This document shows positions 23,993 to 36,650 of a stretch of 64,000 nucleotides of DNA, in pieces. Source of the DNA: Vicugna vicugna (taxonomy: Eukaryota); the NCBI GenBank assembly GCA_013265495.1, contig MU057651.1, positions 1,685,674-1,749,673 of the forward strand, in the 5' to 3' direction. Positions within the stretch are counted from its first letter, which is position 1; every line of letters starts with the position of its first letter. The translations under genes and the position numbers were made by a program. Below the pieces are notes generated by a model. That model ran no database searches. It was not told the origin of the DNA and saw only the letters and a program-made list of their open reading frames with translations.

Positions 23993-24619
23993 TGCTCATC
24001 CAATTTTGACTAGAGCTGCCCTGTTGTTTAGCTGTTCAGAGCTGACCTCTTCCTGGATTCCCGAGTTCCTTCCCCACCCAGTCGGGCCCCTGGAACTGAA
24101 GGCCTGAGATTGGGTGTTAGTCATGTTGGGCCCCTGCCTGGGGGCTGCTGGGGTTGGGCACATCGAAACGGATTGTTCCCATCTCACACTGACCGGCCCC
24201 ACACCCAGAGGTGCCCCAGTGTGACAGGCCAGCACACGGAAGGTTTAGAGGATGAGTGAATTTTATTGCTATTACTTCAAAATGAGTTATTTTGCAAAAT
24301 GCATTTTAAAACCTCAGCTGTGAGCCCCCAAACTGAACAGCTTAAGGCCTAGTGTTTCGCCCCTTCATTTTTCTCCTTTTATTAAGAGAGACCAACACAA
24401 GCCAAATGAAAACAAACAAGCAAAAAAGGGAACAAACCCAACAAGACCTGGACAAACAAGGAAAGGCTGGGGGACTGCAGTCGACAAGGCCTGAGGTCCA
24501 GGATCTGCTCCTGCCTGTCCCACCGTGAGCTCTTAACAGCGGTGGGACTGCTGTGAAGGCACCTCGTCCCCGTCCTCACTCTCCTGAAATGGGGACTGAT
24601 CTGCTCTGTAAGGAGCCCA

Positions 24620-25200
24620 TTAATAGCAAACACCAAACTGTTTACATTCACCAAGATGTGGAAGCAACCTGAATGTCCATGGACAGATGACTGGATAAAG
24701 AAGCTGTGATATATTTATACAATGGAATACTACTCAGCCATGAAAAAGGATAAAATAATGCCATTTGCAGCAACATGAATGTCCCTGGAGAACGTCATTC
24801 TAAGAGAAGTAAGCCAGAAAGAGAAAGAAAAGTACATATGAGATCGCTTATATGTGGAATCTAAAATATGATACAAATGAACTTATTTACAAAACAGAAA
24901 GTGACTCACAGACAGAACAAATTCATGGTTACCAATGGGGAAGGGAGGGAGGGATAAATTAGGAGTTTGAGATTTGCAGATACTAACTAATATACATATA
25001 TATACAAGTTTACATACTGCACAGCACAGGGAACTATATTCAATATCTTATAATAGTTGATAATGGAAAAGAATCTGAAAAAGAATGTATATATGTGTGT
25101 GTGTGTGTATCACTGAATCACTTTACCGTACACCTGAAATATAGTAAATCAACTATACTTCAATTAAAAAATTTAAAAAAGAAAAAGACAAAGGTAAAAA
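24620..25200 (+). mobile_element. LINE-1 3' end
   Basis: GGAAGCAACCTGAATGTCCATGGACAGATGACTGGATAAAG...CAACTATACTTCAATTAAAAAA. Confidence 0.9.
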
Positions 25201-25382
25201 TAAAATGAAAGGCTGAGCTGGAGGAGGACGTGCCCGGGGCTGGGTTTCCAGGGCGGTGAGCCTGTGGAAGGAGGGGACACGGGCTTCCTCTCCACCCGTG
25301 GTCATTTCCCATCCATCCGGCCTGTTCTTTCTCGAGCGTCCGGGTGGTGGGTGACTAATCGGGGTCCTCCTTCCTCCGCCAG

Positions 25383-25712
25383 TACATGAGGATAATGGGG
25401 GTTCACCCCGCCGTGCCCTTCCTGGCCTGGTTCGTGGAGAACATGGCCGTGCTGGCCCTGAGCAGCGCCGCGCTGGCCATCATCCTGAAGGCAAGCGGCA
25501 TCTTCACGCACAGCAATGCCTTCATCGTGTTCCTCTTTCTCCTGGACTTCGGGGTGTCGGTCGTCATGCTGAGTTACTTCCTGAGCGCGTTCTTCAGCCA
25601 GGCCAACACGGCTGCCCTCTGCACCGGCCTCGTGTACATGATCAGCTTTCTGCCCTACATCGTCCTGTTGGTTCTGCACAACCAGCTGAGCGTGGCCGTG
25701 CAGACACTGCTG
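25383..25712 (+). CDS. ABCA13: ABCA13 exon (10), TMD1 helices; [20 protein letters not shown]...[13 protein letters not shown]
   Basis: ctccgccag|TAC ... CTGCTG|gtaagt; 330 nt, phase 0/0; hydrophobic helices. Confidence 0.96.
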
Positions 25713-26399
25713 GTAAGTGGGTTGTTCCGGAACACGTACCAGTGAGACAGAACCCCCGTCGACCCCTCGGAGCAGAGTCATCCCCTCGACCTGCCACATG
25801 ACTGTCTTCAGTGGGCTTTGCGACACTGTCTTTTCTGTATTCCGGCCTCAGAGGCAGACCCTGCGGTGCTGGGTCCCTGAAATTGCAGGGGTTTTGCTGC
25901 AGGGCCGCCCCCTAAAAATGGGCCTGTGTTGAGTCACGTGGATTCTCCTCTGAAGATTCTTTGGGAAATCGGTAGCATACTGCAGTGACTTCTTTTTCTC
26001 TTTGTGTCACGCATGCAAAGAAGCAGATTTCCAATGCTATTTTCAAAGTAAAAAATTAGCATTTTCCTTGCAGCATCGTGAAGGCCTCACCGTTGAGCGA
26101 TGTCAGTCGTTCATCCATTTAAGTGTACCTCCCAGAAAAGTGTCTGAGTGCTTTCAGGTCTGTAATAGAAGCACCTGCAAGACAGGAAGGCGTTCGTTCT
26201 TTTCTGGCGGTTCCCTGGCTGACTCGGTGCCGGACATGTGGTAGGAGCTCAGTCACCTGGGAGGGGTGGCGAGACCGAGTCGCAGCGCCGGGTCACCAGG
26301 GTGAACATGTGCTGTGCTCAAGGTTGCATTTGCCCCGCAGACCAGGCAAATTCTTCAAGTCGCGGTCTGTGGGGAGGTCTGATTGGAGTCACTAGAGGA

Positions 26400-26925
26400 G
26401 AATTCGAGGCGATACGAAGTGACAAGAAGTCAGACGGACAAAGACAGATACTGCGTGTTTGTCACTTACACGTGGAATCTAAAAAATACAAAATGAATGA
26501 ACGTCACAGAACAGAAACAGACTGAGATACAGAGAATAGACTGGTGGTTGCCAGCGGGGAGGGGGCACCGGGAGGGGCAAGACAGATAAACAGGATGAAG
26601 AGGGATGACGTAAATGTTAGACAGACAACCAGGTCCTTCCGTACAGCACGGGGAACCACTTTCAGTATCTCGCAATGGCCTCTAATGAAAAAGAATATAT
26701 GCATATGTACATCTAACTGAACCACGGTGCTGTGCACCTGGAGCTAACACAGCGTTGCAAAGCAACTACACTCCAAATGGAAAAAAAAAATGCGACAAGG
26801 GTGTAATGTGTAGCGCAGGGAAGATAGCCAGTATTTTGTGATGACTTTATATGCAATGTAATCTCTAAAAATATCAACTCGCTGTGTTGTACCTTTACAA
26901 CGAACATAGTATTTTAAGTCAGGAT
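26400..26925 (+). mobile_element. LINE-1 3' fragments
   Basis: AAGTCAGACGGACAAAGACAGATACTG...GTGGAATCTAAAAA...CACGGGGAACCAC...AACTACACTCCAA. Confidence 0.75.
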
Positions 26926-27429
26926 TTAAAGAAAACAACAAACCTCTCGGGGCTGCGAAGGGGCAGTCGAGGCTGTCAGAAGTCCCTCCGTCCCCTGCCG
27001 CGCGCGTCCTGACGTCCCCTCGCTGGCCGGGAGCGGTGAGGTTCTTAGAGTGAAGTACTTCCAGGAAAGCCAAATTACTTTTCTCCAGCATCGGTAAAGC
27101 CGCCAGTCCCTCTGCCCCCGTGGTTTCTACTGGTCATATTCACACGGCATAGATAAGCATGCACGGTGAAGAAACATTCCTATTTAATTGGCATTTCATC
27201 TGCTGATCCGGGGCCTGTCCGTTGGGATCAGCTTATGGTCACGCTCGTAGTAATTCGTCACCAAGAGTCTTGGGTTAGTGTTTATTCCATGTTTTCAAAA
27301 TAATTCGAACAAACGGGACCCCCTTACTGCACCCCCAGCCGCCAGTCAACTCCGTACGTATAGAAAAGGGGCCATTGGACACCCTGTCTGAGTTGCCAGT
27401 TTTTGTTTGTTTGCTTGTTTCTGTGCTTA

Positions 27430-27510
27430 GGGGAGGGTGTAGCTCAGGCATAGAGCATGGGCTTAGCACGGACACGGTCCTGGGTACCACCCCCAGGACC
27501 TCCGGTAAAG
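27430..27510 (+). mobile_element. Vic-1-like SINE
   Basis: GGGGAGGGTGTAGCTCAGGCATAGAGC...GGTCCTGGGT. Confidence 0.78.
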
Positions 27511-28107
27511 GTTTATGTAGACAGAGTCTGGTTTCCTTGTTATGCATTCAGATGTTCCCTAGCAAATAAAAAAAAAATCTAATGCTGGTACATTATATTT
27601 TTGAACAGCAAGGACTTTTCCAATGAGATTTTTTTCTTCTTCTTTTTATAAACGTGGGACCTCTCCGCTGGAGCTGAAGTAACATTTTCCTCCACTGCAC
27701 CCTGTTTCTCGTGTAGAATCGGGTACTGTCTCCATCGCTCTCCCCGTGGTGCCCCCGAGGGCACTGCTTTGATAATAGAAGCTGGTGAATCGCTCTATTC
27801 CTTTTCCCACTGTTTCGCGTTTCCATATACAGTGCATTGGATTTATGGCGCTTCAAGCACCGCAGTAAAGAGAAATAATCCCTTTTAACATTAAAAACTG
27901 GCTTGTTACCATGCTTTTCAGGATGGGCCGACGTACGGCTGAGGCTGGAGGTTCAGGTGCTGAAAGCACCGCCTGGGGCAGTGGTTTGGCATCGTTAGTC
28001 AGGACATGCTGTGGATTCTTCATTGGCATTCAGTGCCGTGGCTTTTCTGTGGTCCCCATCAGACACTAACGGGCTGTTTTCTCTTCTCTCCACCAATCTG
28101 CGGGCAG

Positions 28108-28177
28108 TGCCTCCTCTCCACAACCGCCTTTGGACAAGGAGTATTTTTTGTTACATTCCTGGAAGGGCAAGAGACCG
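28108..28177 (+). CDS. ABCA13: ABCA13 exon (11); [23 protein letters not shown]
   Basis: gcgggcag|TGC ... ACCG|gtaaga; 70 nt, phase 0/1. Confidence 0.93.
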
Positions 28178-29594
28178 GTAAGAGGATCTTTGTTTTAAAG
28201 TGACTCTCAGTGACTCACTCAGGTTTTGGAAATCTTTTGTTGCCATGTTGCAAGTGGTACAGTGGGAAGTGTCCGTGATAATGCAGGATGCCGGGAATGA
28301 GACCCCGGGGCTGGTTCAGCCCATGTCACACCTCCCACCATCCCGATGCCCTGGGTTTAGGGACAGTCAGGAGTAACCACAGTGCCCTGTGCTTTGACAC
28401 TCCAGGTGCCAGCCACCCAGCTCCCCCCGTGGCTCCCCCGTGACGCCCCTGACTCACCCGTGGTCAGCTTAGGGATTCCTCCAAGCACGGGCTGTGCACT
28501 CGCCCCGTCTCTGAGGTTATGATTGGACTGGAATCTGTCCCCCTGGGTCCCCCACCCACTTCTCCTGGTTTCTCTTTCTCGCTCCGTCTTTCTCGTGGCA
28601 ACTGTTTACAAGTCTACCAGCTCTCTCGCCTTTCCCTGCAGAGTTCCTGGGTCCTGCCTGAAGTCCGTGACCCAGAAGCACATCTGAGAACAATAGTCAC
28701 CTCTATTTTCTCTAAATTAGTGTGAATTCAGCCTGCAATAATTATAAAATTTTTTTGGCCGCATTTTCCACTTCCACTGGGATTTTGGTGACTAAAGTCC
28801 TTGACCAGAGTGGATACATGTTTCTTAGATGTTTATATGGTTTTTGTAGTGTATTTTTAAAAACACAGGGAAAATATATTCCCCGTATGAGACTGAACTC
28901 CAGAAGTCCTTACCTTAGCTGCTGGATTTGCCCGCCTCTTTCAGGACAATGTGTTGAAGTATTCCAAACAGAATATTAGAACTATATTAAAGCAGCCATG
29001 TAAGCCTGAATGACCTAGCCTGAATTCTTTGCACTGATTTTTAAACCACTGCCACTGTTAGACCCTTTGACTATTTTGGACCCAGTTCCAACAAGTGCAA
29101 GATGTTAAAACACGCATTTCGTTGAGTTCTAGGCACCAGAGAAAATTGAGAAAGGTAACTATTCCTCTTAAATTATATTTTAATCCAGCAATAATGTGCA
29201 AAGACACTGTAAGAAAGTAATGGTTCGTTCCCACTGCAGCTCTTACGTACCCTGTTTATGTGTTTTCAAAGAGCAAGAAGCATAGTATAATTTGGAGTTC
29301 ATCTCTTTAAAAATATGCTTATTTTTCCTAAACATAGATTATTTTAGCCGAGCAAATAAAACTAGATATAACTAAAACGGTCTTTAAACATTTTTAACTG
29401 TTAGAGATTCACTTCACGCCGCCCCCCACCCCCAGCTGCCCTGGAATCAGTGAGAGTCAGCAAGCTAACATTTCACTGGAAGACCGCAGCCAGCGGTACT
29501 GGCCTTCCCTCTGTTTCAACGGCGTTCAGCTTCGCCGGCGCCTCCGGGACGGGGGAGGTCATCTGACCCTCACGCTGCCCTCTCTTCCTTGCAG

Positions 29595-29726
29595 GAATTC
29601 AGTGGAGCAACATGTACCAGCCTCCGGGACAGGCGGACATGACCTTCGGCTGGGTTTGCTGGATGCTCCTCTTGGATTCAGGCCTTTATTTTCTGTGTGG
29701 ATGGTACTTGAGCAACTTGATTCCTG
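29595..29726 (+). CDS. ABCA13: ABCA13 exon (12), last TMD1 helix; (G)IQWSNMYQ...[29 protein letters not shown]
   Basis: ttccttgcag|GA ... CCTG|gtaaga; 132 nt, phase 1/1. Confidence 0.95.
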
Positions 29727-29781
29727 GTAAGAATTCTGCATTTATGAGATGACAAAATAAACTTTATAAACAGGTTGAAGT

Positions 29782-29950
29782 GGGGGAGGGGGTAGAGCTC
29801 AGTGGCAGAGCACGTGCTTCACAGGCACAAAGTCCTGGGTTCAATCTCCAGTACCCCCATTTAAAATAAAAAGTTAAAAAAAACAAACAAAAAACAAACA
29901 AAAAAACCCTAATTACTTCCCCTCCTCAATTAAAAAAAAATCTCAAAAAA
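29782..29950 (+). mobile_element. Vic-1-like SINE
   Basis: GGGGGAGGGGGTAGAGCTCAGTGGCAGAGC...GTCCTGGGTTCAATCTCCAGT...CCTAATTAC, followed by an A tail. Confidence 0.85.
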
Positions 29951-31463
29951 GATTACCCAAGGGAAATTTTTTTTTTAAAAAAGCAGATTGAGCCCATATA
30001 TGTGAATATTAGGGAAATTTGTTTTTTAAATAAAACGTCAGAAGAGGAGCTGATGGGACTTATTTTAAAGGGAGCCGTAGGTGTTTGAGGAGAAGCCGGT
30101 GCGTCTGGCCCTGAGGTGAACAGCAGAGACCGAGTGAGGACAGCCTGGAGGGGCCCAGACAGAGGCTGGATGGAGCCTCCCCAGCAAGGGAGCTTCTGAA
30201 GACGGATCAGACTAGACCCTGGTGCCCAGAGCACGCGTTTGAGGGTGGCAGGCCTGAGGGAGAGAGGACAGGGGAGGCTGGGGGCCCGTGGGTCGGGCCC
30301 CGCCACGCCTGGGGCTGCCCGTGGTGGCGCAGCTTCCTTGGCAGGGCAGGTGCTTCCATGGCCCCCGTGGTAAGAGTCCTCCCTGTTGGTTCAAAGGGAA
30401 GGAAGTGCCCCCCACCGCCATCCTGGCTCAGCTCCCAAAAGCAGAGACAGCATTTGACATTTTTTAACTTTCTATTTTTAGAAATAGCTTTTTGATGACT
30501 GTAGACCTTCTTGCTGACATTGCTCGTGATTTGGCTCTTTGCTTCCCAAACAACTGGACCTTTCGAGCAGCATCTAACCTTTCTGATTAAGAACTAAAAA
30601 AGAGATTCTAATCATGTGCAAATTGCAAATGGAGGGATGGGCGAAAAAAGAAACAAACTTTCTTCTGTTTGCAGAACTATGTTCCAGACCCGGAGGCCTC
30701 ATGCCTCGTTTAAGGATGAGTCAAAATCAAAATAAAATGGGTCATTGAAAAGATTATTTTGTGTACAAGTGGGAAAAGTGGTCCCCCAAGAGGTAGAGAG
30801 AGAGCAGCAGTTAGAAATGTGATTAATTTTGGACAAATTTAGATGGCACAGTCTTGGTATTTGAGTACCATTTAAGAAAAGGCGGATTCTAGGAAACCAG
30901 AGATTAAAAAAATTAGCTGAGAAGGCCAAGGTGAAAAGAAACTGGAGAAGCAGTTGGATATTAGAAAGAAGCCAATTAACATACGAGAGGGCTGGGAACA
31001 GATGTGATGTGGATTTAAATGCATTGGGTGGTGGTGCTGCGCCAAAGGTGCAGAGCGGAGAGCGGGTCCACGGGCTGCGGGAGGGGCCGGCGTGGTCACG
31101 GAGAAGACAGGTCGGGGATGCAGACGCCACCCATGGGGTGGTGGGCACCAGGACTTGCAGACCTCTGCCCTCCCCGGGGACGAGACACGGGTCCAGAGGG
31201 ACTGCAGGAAGAAGGGACTGTCATATTCCAAGGGAAAGAGGATCCTGGATTTGCAAAGGAAAGGCTCATGACTTGCACACAAAATTAATCAAAAGACACC
31301 TGTATCTTGATGTAAAATGGCAGATGTCTTGGAGTCCACAGAAAAAGAGAGGAATCCGTCCCGCATAAAGACAGCAATGTCCTACCACCCTCGGCAACGT
31401 GGAGATTAACATCACATTTGGCCACCGAATCCAGAAGGAGTTGAATTTTCCCCTGAATCCTCC

Positions 31464-32720
31464 TGAACGGGAGCAGGACCCTGTGCCCCCTCAACCCCTG
31501 CCTCTTGTTTGTAGGAAAGCTGACATCTCCCAGCCTCCCTGAGTCACAGAAGAGCAGGCTCCAGCAGTTGATGGGGACAAGCTGCAGGCACTGGGGGGTG
31601 GCGACGACTCCGACCAGCTCAACGATGAACTGAGATTGTTCCTTCATTTCCTGTGGAGGCTTTCGGGGCTGAGCAGGATCTTTGCAGTTGGTTTGGGGGA
31701 TGCTGGGTGCACCAGATTGCAGGCATTCGGATTAAAGGCAACTTTCCTTCTTGCTGCCATGGCTGTCGCCCCCAGGGTCATACCCCTGCCCCTCCCTCAA
31801 ATAGAAACCAGTTACTCTGATCTAAGTCTCAAGAGGCGGCTGCAGAGAAGAAGCAAGATCTGGTTAGAACCAGCGGAGCCCAAAGTGGTGGAGGAGCTGA
31901 CGCCCAGTGGACTTTGAGCCTCATTACACGTTCATTGTAATACCCCCCCAGCGCCAGGACAGTTGACCGTTGCCATGACAACGACTGGAAAAGCCAGGGT
32001 ACAAGGACTGTAAAACTCGATCAAGGACCAGTCGGCTCCGTCACACCCAGAAGGAGGACATGATGGCAGAAGCCTCCCAGAAAAGCCCACGGGGCCCCAC
32101 CTGCAGGGGCGCAGGTGCACGCAGAGAACCCACCAAGACGTGCAGATTTCTGGTTTCTAGTTTAACAATTCAGCCGACTGGTGGAGGCCTGTTTGGCATT
32201 TTGCAGTAGGTGGTGCTATAGATCAAGCTTTTGGCCCCTCTTAGCTGAGCTGTGTTTAAGAGTCAGGACTTCCCTCCTTCCACCGCCTGCCAGAGGTGTC
32301 TGTGTCTGGGGTCACTGGTTCCTTGCAAATCCCGAAGTCCTAATTTATCCCTCCCCCTCTTCCTCCCTGAGGACCGTAAGTTTTCTATGTCCCTGAGTCT
32401 GTCTCTGTTTTGGAAACAGATTTATTTGTGACATACATTTTTTTTTAGATTGCACACACGTTCCTTCTCTTTATTTCCTTCTGTCTTTTGTAGGAACTGA
32501 CCCCTGGGGCTTGGTGTCAGACTGGGAGACCCCGCACAAACCACAGGCCAAATAATTCCCCTGCCCGCGGGGCTCAGTGTCAGCCTGCCAGGCTCCACTA
32601 TCAGCTCCAAGTGCGCAGGCAGACGTCGGGTCCCTCAAGCAGGTTCCTTTCATAAACCCTTCGTTGTGGGCTTTCAATTAAATCTGACTCTGCCTGATCC
32701 GACATCGTTGACTTCTTTCA
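31464..32720 (+). mobile_element. ERV-LTR-like composite region containing a small L1 fragment (about 32325-32460)
   Basis: TGAACGGGAGCAGGACCCTGTG start, a GTTGCCATGACAAC motif and an ATTAAA near 32677 resemble LTR features; family not established. Confidence 0.35.
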
Positions 32721-33782
32721 TCACTGTCGGGTTTGGGGGGCAGTGCTAACTAGCTTCCCGGCCCGCAGAAGCCAGCCGGCATTTCCCCTTGAGGAGAAAA
32801 GCTCAGGGTAGACTGAGGGAGGGGGCGCTTTGCACATATGAGCGTTCCCAGTTACACTGGGGGATGTGAGCAGGGGTGCGTGCTTTTGGCGTGTGCACAG
32901 AAAAACAGGTGCAGATTTATGAGCAACAGCAGACGGCGGAGGAGAGCTGAGGGGCCTCCGTGCTGACTTGAGCTTGACAGCTCCCTCATTCATTTAGATT
33001 TAGTAGGTTAATTAGCAGGGGTTTAAAAGTTCAGACAGCTTAGACCTGGGATGGTTTAATTAGCCAATCAACCATTAATATTCAGTTTATCTCCAATTTG
33101 TTTTTTCTGACTCTGAAAGGCCTCTCCCATCTCTGCCCTCCTTCTGTCCCTAGTTCAGGCCTCACGGTACCTCACCTGCACGATTCAGTGGCCTTGCACC
33201 ACCCGCCCAGGCCTCCAGGTGCTCATTCAGAATCTGTAGCGTCCCGAGGCCCCTGAGTCCCCCTGCCCACCTGCTCTTCCAACAGGTGGGGCCGCTCAAG
33301 CCGCTGGTGGCAGATGGCAGTGACAACCACGGCCCCTGACAGGTTCCCTAGCAGAGCACTGCCGCTCGGCCGGCCAGAGGGAGAGGAACACGGCCGCCCG
33401 CGTTTGCAGACTCGTTATCCTGGCGTATTTGTGGCTCGTTATCTGTTACTCCACAAACTCCTCGTTCAGGCATGTGTCCAGGGGCTTGGTCACTTGCTCC
33501 CGTTAGGAAGTTAAGGAAGGTGGGGACGGGAGCCCAGAAGCGGGGCCTCTGCTCGTGTGAATTCGGGGCAACTTGTAGGAAAGGGCAGCAGGGACCGTCC
33601 CCGCTTCACACGTGTGCTCTGAGAGACAGGTTCCGCGAGAGGCCACCTGGGGTTAATTAATCGCGTGGCTTCTGCTGCTCCCCGGCTTCGTGTTCTCCGA
33701 CAGCCTTGCTGGACCGACCTTTCACTTTGGGCCTGGAGAGGTGACAATGGGTGGTTGCAGGACCGTGGGAACTAATACAGGT

Positions 33783-33898
33783 CAGGACCCTGGACAGGGA
33801 CCCTGGACGGGGCCCGGGATGGGACCTGGGACGGGACCCGGGACAGGACCCTGGACAGGACGCGGGGCAGGAACCTTGACAGCGCCCGGGACGGGAGC
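33783..33898. repeat. 12-bp GC-rich minisatellite, about 9 copies of CGGGACCCGGGA-like units
   Basis: caggaccctgga / cggggcccggga / tgggacctggga / cgggacccggga ... Confidence 0.85.
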
Positions 33899-33994
33899 GC
33901 TCCTGGAATGCTGGCTGGGGTGTAATGTGGTTATCCACCCTCTTCCTACCGAGGCATGGTCCTTAGTTTGCCAGGCTCGTGGAGGATGTCCCAC

Positions 33995-34347
33995 CTGCGT
34001 CTCCAGAGCTGCCGTAACAAAGCGCACAGACCGCGAGGCTTAAACAACGAACGTTTATTCTCTCACAGCCCTGGACTCGAGCAGGGCTGGCGTCTCCTGA
34101 GGGCGCTCTCCTTGGCGTGTAGATGCCACCTCCTCCGTGTCCCCACATGGTCTCCCCTCTGTGCCTGTGTCTTAATCTCTTCCTACAAGGACACCAGTCC
34201 TGTTGGACTGGGGCCCACCCATATGACCGTATTTTATCTTAATCACCTCTTTGAGGGCCCTTCCTCCAAATACAGTCCCATCCGAAGGTCTCAGGGGTTA
34301 GGACTTCACACGTGAATTTTGAGGGGGTGACACTTCAACCCATAACA
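33995..34347. mobile_element. MLT1-like MaLR solo LTR
   Basis: GCTGCCGTAACAAAG...GCTTAAACAAC...TTTATTCTCTCACAG...CTCCAAATACAGTC...TTCAACCCATAACA. Confidence 0.75.
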
Positions 34348-35170
34348 GATGGTAAATATTAGACCAGATACCAGATCTCCCTTCACTTTCAAAAGATGAG
34401 GGGCCCCCTTTTCCCTCTTTGTGATCATCTCTTTAGATCATCTGCTTAGATTCTGCGTGGGGTTGCGTATCGCTCCTTTGCTCGAGGGTCAGAAAGTGCT
34501 AGAATATAAAAAAGTCTTTCCGTAAGCCTTTGTTTCTTCAGTCACGTATGGAATTTAGATCACTGATCAAACTTAAGCTAGAACGGATGTGTTACAGAGA
34601 ACTGAGGCGTGTTACTCATTAAGCCCCCTTGCGTTTCGACATGTCACGGGGGCGAAGTGGCTAGTGGCTGGGCTGGAACGAGTTTGGAGGGCATGCCTGA
34701 GGAGCGGTGAGACGTGCCAGGCGGAAATGGTAGCATTATGAATTCTTCCTCCTCGTTGGAGTTTTACTTGCTGAATTCCTCCATGCTTTTAGTCCTGTGT
34801 AGTAAGCCGTGCAGACACCAAAGACAGGCAGAGTGACACCTGAACAGGGAGGCAATGGGGCAGGGGACATTTTAGAAATCATATTTAATAAGTACCTCTC
34901 TGTTTAGTGAACAGCTGCTCAGAAGACCTTTTGGGGGAAGGGGGTGGGAGGGCCCTAGCAGGCGGCCTAGCAGTCCCCGGGTCAGGGCTGAGGAGAGAAA
35001 GGGCTAAAACTCTGTCCCCGATTGTCACTGGTTCCTGTATGGGATGTGGGCTGAACATGTTAAGGTGGAATCACATTTTATAGTAATTTGGTTACGATAT
35101 TCAGCTACAGAATCTTCTTCTACGTAGAAAAAAAATACAATCTGATTTTAACTGCATCTTATTTTTTCAG

Positions 35171-35308
35171 GAACTTTCGGCTTAAGGAAACCATGCTACT
35201 TCCCCTTTACCGCGTCCTATTGGAAGAGCGTGTGTGGTCTGGGGGTGAAGAGGCAGCGCACGCCGACTTCTGATCTGTTCTTCGTCCGTGAGAACTCTGA
35301 CGGTAGAG
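35171..35308 (+). CDS. ABCA13: ABCA13 exon (13); (G)[22 protein letters not shown]...ENSDGR
   Basis: ttttttcag|GA ... AGAG|gtttgt; 138 nt, phase 1/1. An alternative in-frame donor lies 6 nt upstream (G|gtagag). Confidence 0.88.
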
Positions 35309-35589
35309 GTTTGTAAAGGGTATCTCTGTGCGATGCGTGGTTTCCCTTCTGGTCAGTGTGTTTCTGATTCTCACTTCCGGCTGAGCCCTGTGTGGACACT
35401 GTCCCCTAGTGCCCCACTCTCAGGCCATCTTGGGCTCAGAAACGTGGTGGGGCCAAGTGTCAAGAGAGAATCCCCCGGTGATGTTGACCCCACAAGGGCT
35501 GGGGACCCCAGTGCCAATGTTACCTATTGCCCGCAGCATCCTCTCTGCGTTCTGTGCATTTGTGCATATCTTATAGATTTTTTGAAGGT

Positions 35590-35708
35590 TATTTTGGTGG
35601 GGCAGGAAGTAGGTCTGTTTAATTATTTTTTTAGTGGAGGGACTGGGGGTTGAACCCAGGACCTCGTGCATGCTAAGCACACGCTCCACCACTGAGCTAT
35701 ACCCTTCC
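35590..35708 (-). mobile_element. Vic-1-like SINE
   Basis: GAACCCAGGACCTCGTGCATGCTAAGCACACGCTCCACCACTGAGCTATACCC. Confidence 0.88.
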
Positions 35709-36481
35709 TGCAGTGCATGTCCTATAATTCAGTTGTTTCTAACATGGAATTCGGGTGAAAAATCAGAGCAACGGTGGATGGCTACCACCAGATAACGTAT
35801 TTCAGAATTGCATTAATGTATTTTAGAATGTACTTTAGAATTTTCAAAGCGTTTCACAAATGCTAGTTTATTCAGTGCTTCAGGGAGAGAGAGATGGTAT
35901 CACTGCCCCTTTCGAAGGAGGAACGTGCTTCCCAGGAGACCAGCCCTCCCCACCCCCGTCACGCCCCATCCCTGCGGGGCTAGGACCTCAGCAGGAATCC
36001 AGAGGTGAACAGGCTCCCACCCCAATAAGCCGGGGCTGCAAAGAAATTCTCTCCTGATGGCACAAGTGCACTGGGTTCTTACAGGAAATCTGGAACCCAG
36101 CCCCAGCCAGTAACTCCCCTCCTCTGGAGCCCATCGCTCCTGGACAGTCAGGTGTGTGACCTCCCTGCCTGTTACCATTCCTGTTCACATGTAGATAAAC
36201 ATGTGTGTGTGTGTGTGTGTGCGTGTGCGTGCAGGCTTTTTTTAATTCTCTTACAAAACAGGTAACACAAAGGCCCACAACTTCGTACTCAGCAATTTCT
36301 CTTAATTTTTGCCGTTACAGAATTTGCCTGTTGATTTCGGTAAAGAAAGATTTTTGAGTTGCTTCGTATGTTTCTCAGACCTAGAACGCGAGCCCAGGGC
36401 GGCCCACTGGATTTTTAAGGGTGACCATTATTTGGGGGGCCTTGCAGGTCCTTTCAGGGTGAATTTGCATCTTCCTCCCAG

Positions 36482-36650
36482 ACTCATCGCTGCAAACCGG
36501 GGAAGGAACCCCCTTGGGCGTCACCCTGGCGGCTGTGACCAAGGAGTATGAACGCCACCGGCCGGCGGTCCGAGACCTGACCCTGACCTTCCACGGAGAC
36601 CAGATCACCGCCCTGCTGGGGACCAACGGCGCCGGGAAGACCACCGTCAT
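36482..36650 (+). CDS. ABCA13: ABCA13 exon (14), NBD1 start with A-loop and Walker A; SSLQTGEG...VTKEYER...[15 protein letters not shown]
   Basis: cttcctcccag|AC ... GTCAT|gtgcgt; 169 nt, phase 1/2. Confidence 0.95.
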
